A stretch of DNA of 64,000 nt. Origin: Bifidobacteriaceae bacterium (GTDB lineage: Bacteria; Actinomycetota; Actinomycetes; Actinomycetales; WQXJ01). The number at the start of each line of letters is the position of its first letter. The first letter of the stretch is position 1. The notes beneath the pieces were generated by a model, which saw only the letters and a list, made by a program, of their open reading frames with translations, did no database searches and was not told the origin of the DNA. This document shows positions 42,669-50,223 of the stretch, in pieces. Position numbers and translations under genes: made by a program. The stretch covers positions 26,782 through 90,781 of the forward strand of contig JAITFE010000060.1 in NCBI GenBank assembly GCA_031281585.1. Reading direction: 5' to 3'.

Positions 42669-42856
42669 CGAACCGTCCCAGTATCAGCAATAGTCGGCGC
42701 TCCGACCGGGCTTGGGCTCAGACGCCGCATTGTCGCCGCAAGTGGCGCGCGCATCTTCCCTCGCCCCGCACCCGGCACTTGTGCTTGGCCTGAGTCGTGC
42801 TCGGCCAATACGGCGATGATGATGATGGCGCTCAGGGCCAGCACTGCGAGGAGCAT
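42665..42856 (-). CDS. Possible small single-pass membrane protein
   Basis: 63-aa ORF with one N-terminal hydrophobic helix (MLLAVLALSAIIIIAVLA). It overlaps the lipoprotein gene start by 4 nt. It has no convincing RBS. Confidence 0.25.
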   Translation of the reverse strand: MLLAVLALSAIIIIAVLAEHDSGQAQVPGAGRGKMRAPLAATMRRLSPSPVGAPTIADTGTVR

Positions 42857-43199
42857 GGTAGAAAGCCTTTTGAATCTTTTCGTCTAGTGTGATCCGCTCT
42901 CGAGAGGACGGGAGCTTCATCGGGTTCTGGCCGGAACCGGTCAAAGCCCGGTCGGCCCAGAGGGACGGAACCAACCAGTCGAAGATTACCGGAAAGGCTG
43001 GGGGGTCAACGGGCCGACTAGCGGGGTCGTCTGGCCGGCTTTGGCATAGGTCTCTGCGGGACCTTGCCGCCGTCGCCTTGCACGGGCCAGAAAGGCTTCG
43101 TGAAGGAGGCGATGAGAGACTCCACGCCGGGTTCAGACTGTCAGACCGGCGCCATATGGTTGACCCGACTCAGACAAGCGCTCCCCAGGCAGGTGTCCA

Positions 43200-45023
43200 A
43201 TGTGGTTCGAAGTCGCCAGCGTTGAGGCGTTGGCCCCCGACCAGGCTTCGCTGAAAGCGGGCCGGGGCCTCGCCTCCGCGTCGCGCTGGCCCGAACTCGG
43301 CCACGAGGATTTCGTCATCTGGGGCGAATGCCAGGGGTCCGGCGCGAACCCCTACCAGACCGCCGTCGACACGCGCGACATGGGCTACCGCTGCTCCTGC
43401 CCGTCGCGCAAGTTCCCCTGCAAGCACGCGCTGGCGCTGATGCTGATCGCGGCCGGCCAGCCCGAAGCCGTCCCCCAAGGCGCCACGCCCGAGTGGGTTG
43501 GGCAGTGGCTCGCCCGCCGCCGCAGCCGCAAGGGCGCCAACGCCACCACCCCGCCCATGCCTTCCGGACCGTCCCAGCCGCCAACCCCCGAGCGCGCGCC
43601 AGGCACCCCACCACCGCCGATGCCGTCCGGACCGTCCCAGCCGCCAACCCCCGACCAGCCCGCGCCCGGTACCCCGCCAAATGGCCAGCCAGGCACCCCA
43701 CCGCCGATGCCGTCCGGATCGTCCCAGCCGCCAACCGCCGATCAGCCCGCGCCCGGGACACCGCCGCACGGCCGGTCGGGCGTTCCTCAGTCGCCTGCGG
43801 GGCCGGGTTCGCCCAGTTCGGGTCCGCGCGCGGCCAGCGGCGGCGACGCCAGGGCGGGCGCGGCGGACGCCAAGAGCGCGGCCAAACGGGCGGCGGCCCA
43901 GGCCGTCATCGCCGAAGGCCTGGAAGAATTGGACGATTGGGTCGCCGACCAGTTGCGTTTGGGTTTGACCCGGCTGATGGCGGAGGCGCCTGAACGGTGC
44001 CGGAGAATCGCCGCCCGGTTGGTAGATCACAAGGCGACGGCGTTGGCTTCGCGGCTTGACGAACTGCCCGCCCGCCTCCTCGCCCTGCCCGCACCCGAAC
44101 GGGCGCATCAGCTTGTCCGCGAATTGGGCACGGTGGTCCTGTTGGTCCGCGCTTGGCGGCTCGACCCAGACGCGCCCCACATCGCCAGAGCGGTCGGCGC
44201 GGCGGAGACACGGGCGTCCGTGCTGGCCAACCCCGATTGCCTGAGAGTCATGAGCGTCTGGGAAGTCCTCGGCAGCCGCGTCTTCACGCGCCGCGACCGC
44301 CTGGTCTCGCACGCCACCTGGCTGCTCAACCTGGGCGAAGGGCCGCCGTGGGCGTTGCTGCAGGACTACTACCCGGTGTCGGCGGGGACTCATCCGGGGA
44401 CCATGCCCGCCGGACGCCAGGTCGCCGCCGAATTGGTCTACTACCCCGGCGGGGTCCCCACCCGCGCGGTGGTCGCCGTCCAAGAACCCATTTCAGAACG
44501 TCTGCCGTGGCCGGTCACGGGCCCACCCTTGGCGGCGCCGGAAGCGGCCAATCCAAGCCGGTTGCTTACGGCGCCCGCTCAAAGCGTGATCGCCGCGGAT
44601 CCGGTGTCGGGGCCTGCCTCCGCCACCGGCCAAGCCGCCCAGGCTCCGGGCGGAGGGGATCCGCTGGCCGATTGCCTCGCGCTTTGGGACGCGGAGCCTT
44701 GGGAATTGGAAACGCCGGTCCTGTTGGGGCCCGGCTGGCCTAGGGGCCGGGCGATCGGCGAAGGCGGGCCGGCACCAGCTTCCCCCGGTCGAGCCCAACC
44801 CAAGCCGGGCGGCGCCGGCCCGGCCGGGTCTTCTTTTGCGCGGGTGGTTGAAGGCGGGCCCAGCGGGCAGCTTTGGTGGGACGGCGGCCAGGTCGCCTTG
44901 CCGCTGGCGCGGGCCCTGCCCTCGCCCCTGGTCGGGTCACCTCTGAACGCTTTCGGCGTCTGGGACGGCGCGCGCCTGGACCTGTTGGCGGCACAGAGCC
45001 CGTTTGGGCCGGTGAGGCCGTGA
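43200..45023 (+). CDS. SWIM zinc-finger domain protein (gene 1 of a five-gene operon)
   Basis: 607-aa ORF with the SWIM CxCx(n)CxH motif (YRCSCPSRKFPCKHALALML) near the N-terminus. A Pro-rich repeat insertion follows at aa about 115-195. Confidence 0.85.
   Translation: MWFEVASVEALAPDQASLKAGRGLASASRWPELGHEDFVIWGECQGSGANPYQTAVDTRDMGYRCSCPSRKFPCKHALALMLIAAGQPEAVPQGATPEWVGQWLARRRSRKGANATTPPMPSGPSQPPTPERAPGTPPPPMPSGPSQPPTPDQPAPGTPPNGQPGTPPPMPSGSSQPPTADQPAPGTPPHGRSGVPQSPAGPGSPSSGPRAASGGDARAGAADAKSAAKRAAAQAVIAEGLEELDDWVADQLRLGLTRLMAEAPERCRRIAARLVDHKATALASRLDELPARLLALPAPERAHQLVRELGTVVLLVRAWRLDPDAPHIARAVGAAETRASVLANPDCLRVMSVWEVLGSRVFTRRDRLVSHATWLLNLGEGPPWALLQDYYPVSAGTHPGTMPAGRQVAAELVYYPGGVPTRAVVAVQEPISERLPWPVTGPPLAAPEAANPSRLLTAPAQSVIAADPVSGPASATGQAAQAPGGGDPLADCLALWDAEPWELETPVLLGPGWPRGRAIGEGGPAPASPGRAQPKPGGAGPAGSSFARVVEGGPSGQLWWDGGQVALPLARALPSPLVGSPLNAFGVWDGARLDLLAAQSPFGPVRP
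43540..43790. repeat. In-frame tandem repeat inside the SWIM gene (units of 63 and 87 bp, about 3 copies)
   Basis: CGCC(C/G)ATGCC(T/G)TCCGGA.CGTCCCAGCCGCCAACC recurs at about 43551, 43614 and 43701. It encodes PPMPSGPSQPPTP.. three times. Confidence 0.85.
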
Positions 45024-46585
45024 ACGCCAACGCCAACCGGCCGCCAGCCGACCTGGGCGGCATGAGCACCAGGTCGGAGAAAGCGACCGCCGCGACCGAA
45101 TTGGCCAACGCCTATGCCGCCATGGTCGAGTGCTGGGTGGTTGGCGGCGAGGCCCGGCCTCTGGCCCCGCCGGAATGGGTCCGACTCGCAGCCGACCGGG
45201 AGCCGGCCGCCGTCGAACGCGGCCTGTTGGCCCTGGCCGCGCAGTTCGCCGCCGTGGCCCTGCGGCCGTCCCTGCCGGCCGGGGCCGCGCTCCGGACTCC
45301 GCTGCCCCTGCTGGCGGCCCCCGCGCTGCCGGAGCGCCTCCGGCCCCTGCTCCGATCCGCGCTCGCGGCGTGCCCCAGCCCGCAGGCGGTCATCCGCCTG
45401 ACGGCCCGGCGCGGGTTCGCGGTCAACCCCGCCGACTGGTTCCCGCCCACTGACGCCGACGGCGTCCCCGGTTTGTACTTGCCCTGGATCGCCTGGGCGC
45501 AGGACCAGCGCCAAACGGCAGACGCGGCCCAGAGCGACCAAGCCGAGGCGCCGGCCGGCGCCCGCGACTGGCGCCTCATGGCGCCCGCCGAACTCGAAGC
45601 GGCCCTGCGGGAGCTGCGCCGGACAAACCCCGCGGAATCGCGCGCCGTTCTCCGGGATCAGTTCAAGCTTCTGAGCGCGCCGCGCCGGGCCGCCCTCATG
45701 AAAGTGCTGGAGGTCAACTTGGCCGCAGAGGACGAAGAGTTGCTCGCAGAGTTGAGCCAGGACCGCTCGGCGGCCGTCCGGAGCCAGGCGGAGTTGTGCC
45801 TGGCCCGTTTGGGCAAGGCGGACAATTCGACAACCGCCAACGGTTTGGCGGCCTTCTTCAGGATCACGAGCGCCGGGCTAGCCCGCAAACGGCCGGTCGT
45901 CACCGCTTTGCCGCTCAAGATAATCCAGTCTGCCGAACTGCGCGCCGAAATGTTCCAGAAGGTCACGCTGCCTCAGTTGGCCGGGGCCCTTGGGTTCGGG
46001 CCGGACGAACTGGTCCGGGCCTGGGACCCGACCCCAGACAAGGGCGAGCCCACGCCCGCAAATGAGGCGGCGAACCGGGACTTCGTGGCGCTGGTGGCCC
46101 GGACCGGATCGGACGCGCAGGCCGAGGCTTTGGCGCTGAAGCTGATCCGGCAGAAACCGACCAGCGTCCTGGCCGTGGGACTGCTGGAACGCCTCGACCC
46201 GGCCGCGGCCGCCAAGACCGCGCTGGCCAATCTGCGAGCCGCAACCGATGTGGTGGTGACGCTGGCGAGCGCTAACGACCAAGACGTCATCGTGCACGGC
46301 GAGGTGGCCAAACTGGTGCCTGGCAAGGACTACCTTGACGGCCTGGCCGGCGTGTGGGAAAGCCGAGACCTGGACAAAACGCGCCGTCTGGCCGCCCTGG
46401 GCACCATGATGACGGCCTCGGCCGCCGAACACGCGCTCGAAGACCTGACCGCGCGTGGAGCCCACCGGGCCATGCCCGCGCTGGCCACGCTGGTCCTGAA
46501 CGCAGCCCTCGCGGGCCAGGCCCAACGAGGCGGCCCCGCCCCGCTTCCGCCCGCCGATCCCTCCAACCAAGGAGCCAATCCATGA
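45020..46585 (+). CDS. Conserved hypothetical protein (DUF5691-like; gene 2 of the operon)
   Basis: I place the start at the GTG at 45020, which forms GTGA with the SWIM gene stop. The product is 521 aa, Ala/Leu-rich and helical. The DUF5691 label is inferred from its position in this conserved gene set and has not been verified. Confidence 0.65.
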   Translation: MNANANRPPADLGGMSTRSEKATAATELANAYAAMVECWVVGGEARPLAPPEWVRLAADREPAAVERGLLALAAQFAAVALRPSLPAGAALRTPLPLLAAPALPERLRPLLRSALAACPSPQAVIRLTARRGFAVNPADWFPPTDADGVPGLYLPWIAWAQDQRQTADAAQSDQAEAPAGARDWRLMAPAELEAALRELRRTNPAESRAVLRDQFKLLSAPRRAALMKVLEVNLAAEDEELLAELSQDRSAAVRSQAELCLARLGKADNSTTANGLAAFFRITSAGLARKRPVVTALPLKIIQSAELRAEMFQKVTLPQLAGALGFGPDELVRAWDPTPDKGEPTPANEAANRDFVALVARTGSDAQAEALALKLIRQKPTSVLAVGLLERLDPAAAAKTALANLRAATDVVVTLASANDQDVIVHGEVAKLVPGKDYLDGLAGVWESRDLDKTRRLAALGTMMTASAAEHALEDLTARGAHRAMPALATLVLNAALAGQAQRGGPAPLPPADPSNQGANP

Positions 46586-47661
46586 CCGACATCATCCGTG
46601 AAACCCCGGAACAGGCCTACGCCGCCGAACTGGCGTTGCTCCACGCCGCCGACCAGGGCGAACGGCCCACCGGCTGGAAACTGACCCCCAGGGCGGTGCT
46701 GACGTACCTGCTGGGTGGCGCCGCGCCGGACGGGACCGCCATCACGCCGAAGTACGTCGGCAGCCGTCGGCTGATGGAGACCGCGGTCGCCACGCTGGCG
46801 ACGGACCGCGCGCTGTTGCTGATGGGGGTGCCGGGCACGGCCAAGTCGTGGGTGTCGGAGCATCTGGCGGCGGCGATCTCCGGCGACTCGACGCTGCTGA
46901 TCCAATGCACCGCCGGCACCGACGAATCCCAGATCCGTTACGGCTGGAACTACGCCCAACTGCTGGCCCACGGGCCCAGCGAGGACGCCCTGGTGGCGAC
47001 ACCGCTGATGAGGGCCATGCGGGAGGGCGCCATCTGCCGGTTGGAGGAGTTCACGCGGCTCGGCTCGGACGTGCAGGACACGCTGATCACGGTGTTGAGC
47101 GAAAAGGTGCTGCCCATCCCGGAGCTCGGCACGTCCCTGCCGGCGCGGCGCGGCTTCAACGTGATCGCCACCGCGAACAACCGCGACAAGGGGGTCAACG
47201 AGCTTTCGTCGGCGCTGAAACGGCGGTTCAACGTGGTGGTGTTGCCCCTGCCGGACTCGTTGGAGGAGGAGGTGTCGATTGTGTCGCGGCGGGTCAAGGA
47301 ACTCGCCCAAGACCTGGCCTTGCCGGTGCCGCGCGGCGTCGAAGAGCAGATCAAGGCGGTCTTGACCATTTTCCGCGAACTCAGGTCCGGGGCCACGGCG
47401 GACAACAAAATCACGATCAAGACCCCGTCCGGCACGCTCTCCACCGCCGAGGCGATCGGAACCCTGGTCGGAGGCCTCTCCCAGGCCGCGTGGTTCGCGG
47501 ACGGGAAGCTGGGCGCCCGCGAGTTGGCCGCGCCCATGGTCGGGGCGATCGTCAAAGACCCCGTGCAAGACAAAGCCGTGCTGGAGGAGTACCTGGAGAC
47601 GGTCCTGAAGAAGCGCCGCGCCTACGCGCAGTACTACAGCGAACTGGGCGAGGCCCTTTAG
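46582..47661 (+). CDS. AAA+ ATPase, MoxR/CbbQ-NorQ (AAA_5) type (gene 3 of the operon)
   Basis: The ATG at 46582 is preceded by AAGGAG and overlaps the upstream stop (ATGA). It has Walker A (LLMGVPGTAKS), Walker B (ICRLEEF) and ...FNVIATANNRDKGVNELSSALKRRF, which is typical of CbbQ/NorQ-like ATPases. Confidence 0.85.
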   Translation: MTDIIRETPEQAYAAELALLHAADQGERPTGWKLTPRAVLTYLLGGAAPDGTAITPKYVGSRRLMETAVATLATDRALLLMGVPGTAKSWVSEHLAAAISGDSTLLIQCTAGTDESQIRYGWNYAQLLAHGPSEDALVATPLMRAMREGAICRLEEFTRLGSDVQDTLITVLSEKVLPIPELGTSLPARRGFNVIATANNRDKGVNELSSALKRRFNVVVLPLPDSLEEEVSIVSRRVKELAQDLALPVPRGVEEQIKAVLTIFRELRSGATADNKITIKTPSGTLSTAEAIGTLVGGLSQAAWFADGKLGARELAAPMVGAIVKDPVQDKAVLEEYLETVLKKRRAYAQYYSELGEAL

Positions 47662-47664
47662 CCC

Positions 47665-50223
47665 ATGACGGTCCACTTCTTCCCGATTCGCCACCACGGC
47701 CCCGGATCAGCGGCCAGCCTGGTCAGCGCCCTGGACCAGCTGAACCCGGCAGCGGTGTTGATTGAGGGGCCGTCCGACGCGAGCGACCTGCTGCCGCTGT
47801 TGGCCGCCCCGGAGACGGAGCCGCCCGTGGCGCTGCTCGCCTACCCCAAGGGCGAGCCGTCCCAGGCCGTGTTTTGGCCGTTCGCGGAGTTCTCCCCCGA
47901 GTACCAGGCCGCGCTGTGGGCGCTCCGGCACGGGGCGGCGGTCCAGTTCATCGACCTCCCGGCGTCTGCGGGTCGCGGCCCCGCCCCGTGCGAGGACAGC
48001 GCCCCGGCGCACCATGCCGACCAGCCGCCCTTCCCAAACCAGCCCGGCCCCGCACCGGCGCACGATGCCGACCGGTCGCCTACCCGGAATCAGCCCGGTT
48101 CCGCAGTGGGCCACGACAGGGCCCCGTCCCACCATGCCGACCAGCCACCGCTCGCACGCGAGCCCGGCCCCGAACCGGCGCACGATGCCGACCGGTCGCC
48201 TTCCCGCGATCAGCCCGGTTCCGCAGTGGGCCACGACAGGGCTCCGTCGCACCACGGCGGCCAGCCGCCATCCCCAGGCCCGCCCGGTTCCGCACAGGGT
48301 GGGGACGTCGGCCAAGCGCTCCCGGAAGGGGAGGCTGGGGGCGGGGAGGACGGCATCGGCCAACGGGGCCGGGCGCTGAGGCGCGACCCGATCGCGCGGC
48401 TTGCGGCGGCGGCCGGATATGAGGACGCCGAATCGTGGTGGTGCGACCTGGTGGAGCAAAACCCGGTGCCGGGGCCCGTGTTCGCGGCGGTGGCCAGGGC
48501 GATGGGCGAACTGCGGGTTGGCCAAGAGCCGGACGAATGGGAGGCCAAGCGCGAGGCGCACATGCGGCTGCGGATCGCGGAGACGGCCCGGGCGGCGGAC
48601 GGCCCTGTCGCGGTGGTGTGCGGGGCGTGGCATGTGCCAGCGCTTGAAGCCAAGGCGCCGGCAGCGGCGGACCGGCGGCTTCTGACCGGCCTGCCGCGAG
48701 CGAAGTGCGTGTTGACGTGGGCTCCGTGGAGCCAGGAACGTCTCGCGTTCGGATCTGGCTACGCCGCCGGGGTGGCCGCGCCGGGCTGGAACCTGCACGT
48801 TTGGCGGACTTGGGGGCGGGAAGACTCCAGCGCGGTCTGGCTGACGCGGATCGCGCGGCTGCTGCGCGAAAGCGGGCACCTCGTTTCGACGGCATCGTTG
48901 ATCGATGCCGAGCGTTTGGCCCTGGCGCTGGCGGCACTGCGCGGCCGGCCCCGGGCCGGCTTTGAGGAGTTGCGAGAAGCGGCCGTGGCCTGCCTGTTTG
49001 GCGGCGACGACCTGCTCTGGCGCACCATCGAGGAGGAACTGCTGCTGGGCGGAGAGGTGGGCCGGGCGCCGTCCGGCGTCCCGCTGGCGCCGTTGATCGG
49101 GGACGTGGTCAAAGCGCAGCGGGCGGCCCGCCTCAAACCCGAGGCACTGGAGCGGGAGTTGCCTCTTGACCTGCGCAGCGACGCGGGCCAGCGCCGGTCC
49201 TTGTTGCTGCACAGGTTGAACGTGTTGGAGGTGCCATGGGGCGTGATCGAATCCGCCGGCGGGTCGCGGGGCACGTTCCGCGAGCGTTGGCGCCTGCGCT
49301 GGCGGCCCGAGTTCGCCGTGACCCTGGTCGAGCGGGTCGTCTACGGATCCGACTTGGTTGGCGCCGCTTCTGCCTATCTCACCGAGGGGATGGGGAAGGC
49401 TCGCGACCTGGGCGAGTTGGCCGCGCTGGTCGGGCTGGCCGTCACCGCGGGGCTGCCCGCCGCCTGGGCCACCGGCCTTGGACGGCTCGCGGAAAAAGCC
49501 GCTCTGACCAGCGACGTGGGGCAGCTGCTCGGGTCGGTGGCGCCCCTGGCGGAGACCGCCCGGTACGGCCAAGCCCGCCGGGTGGACACGGCCCCGTTGG
49601 CGGCATTGGCGGAACGACTGGCGGTCCAGGCCGCCTTGGGGCTGCGCCACGCGGCGCGCGGCTTGGACGATTCGGCGGCGGCCGGGCTGGTGGGTTCGTT
49701 GCGCTCGGCGCACGGGGGGCTGCGGCTGCTCGAATGCGACCCGGACACGGAACGGGTTTGGTTCGACGCGCTCGAGGCGTTGGCGGCGGACCAGTCTGCG
49801 GCCGCCTTCGTGGCCGGCTCCGCCGGCCAGATGCTGTACGCGGCGGAAAGGCTGACCCCCGCCCAAGCTGTGGCGTTGCTGGAGCGTCGGCTCAGCCCCG
49901 GCACGCCCATCCCCTGGGCGGCGCGTTTCATTGAGGGGTTCTTGACCGCCGCCACCGCCCGCCTGATCTACGACGCGCCCTTGCGTCACGCCGTTGACCA
50001 GTGGATTCGCCGCCTCGACGAGGATGATTTCCTGGCCCATCTGCCCTTGTTGCGGCGCGTGTTCGCGGACCTCGACGCGATGGAACGGGGCCGCCTGCTG
50101 CGGGCGATCTTCCGCCCCGCCGGCCAGGACCGCCTGCCCGGAATGATCCCGCTGCCGTTGACCGTGTGGGAATCACACCTGCGGGCGCTGGAGCCGCTGC
50201 TGACGGGAGTCCGCGATGCTTGA
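47665..50223 (+). CDS. Large conserved hypothetical protein (DUF5682-like; gene 4 of the operon) with a repeat insertion
   Basis: 852-aa ORF starting 3 nt after the AAA+ stop. The N-terminus is MTVHFFPIRHHGPGSAASL...LIEGPSD. The DUF5682 label comes from memory of this gene set and has not been verified. Confidence 0.7.
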   Translation: MTVHFFPIRHHGPGSAASLVSALDQLNPAAVLIEGPSDASDLLPLLAAPETEPPVALLAYPKGEPSQAVFWPFAEFSPEYQAALWALRHGAAVQFIDLPASAGRGPAPCEDSAPAHHADQPPFPNQPGPAPAHDADRSPTRNQPGSAVGHDRAPSHHADQPPLAREPGPEPAHDADRSPSRDQPGSAVGHDRAPSHHGGQPPSPGPPGSAQGGDVGQALPEGEAGGGEDGIGQRGRALRRDPIARLAAAAGYEDAESWWCDLVEQNPVPGPVFAAVARAMGELRVGQEPDEWEAKREAHMRLRIAETARAADGPVAVVCGAWHVPALEAKAPAAADRRLLTGLPRAKCVLTWAPWSQERLAFGSGYAAGVAAPGWNLHVWRTWGREDSSAVWLTRIARLLRESGHLVSTASLIDAERLALALAALRGRPRAGFEELREAAVACLFGGDDLLWRTIEEELLLGGEVGRAPSGVPLAPLIGDVVKAQRAARLKPEALERELPLDLRSDAGQRRSLLLHRLNVLEVPWGVIESAGGSRGTFRERWRLRWRPEFAVTLVERVVYGSDLVGAASAYLTEGMGKARDLGELAALVGLAVTAGLPAAWATGLGRLAEKAALTSDVGQLLGSVAPLAETARYGQARRVDTAPLAALAERLAVQAALGLRHAARGLDDSAAAGLVGSLRSAHGGLRLLECDPDTERVWFDALEALAADQSAAAFVAGSAGQMLYAAERLTPAQAVALLERRLSPGTPIPWAARFIEGFLTAATARLIYDAPLRHAVDQWIRRLDEDDFLAHLPLLRRVFADLDAMERGRLLRAIFRPAGQDRLPGMIPLPLTVWESHLRALEPLLTGVRDA
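47995..48300. repeat. In-frame tandem repeat, exact 120-bp period, about 2.5 copies, inside the DUF5682-like gene
   Basis: The segments 48001-48120 and 48121-48240 are near-identical, and a partial third copy runs to about 48300. They encode APSHHADQPP..EPGPEPAHDADRSPSRDQPGSAVGHDR 40-aa units. Confidence 0.9.

Noticed and set aside
43123-43239. A 38-codon ORF with an upstream GAAGGAGG just ahead of the SWIM gene.
   Set aside because: The Shine-Dalgarno to ATG spacing is only about 2 nt. The product is basic and low-complexity, and the ORF overlaps the SWIM start. The evidence is insufficient.
47707-50040. A 777-aa minus-strand ORF antisense to the DUF5682-like gene, and similarly 43170..44483 (437 aa) antisense to the SWIM gene and 46330..47697 (455 aa) antisense to the AAA+ gene.
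   Set aside because: The plus-strand genes form a coupled operon with recognisable motifs. The antisense products are Arg/Gly/Pro-rich artefacts.
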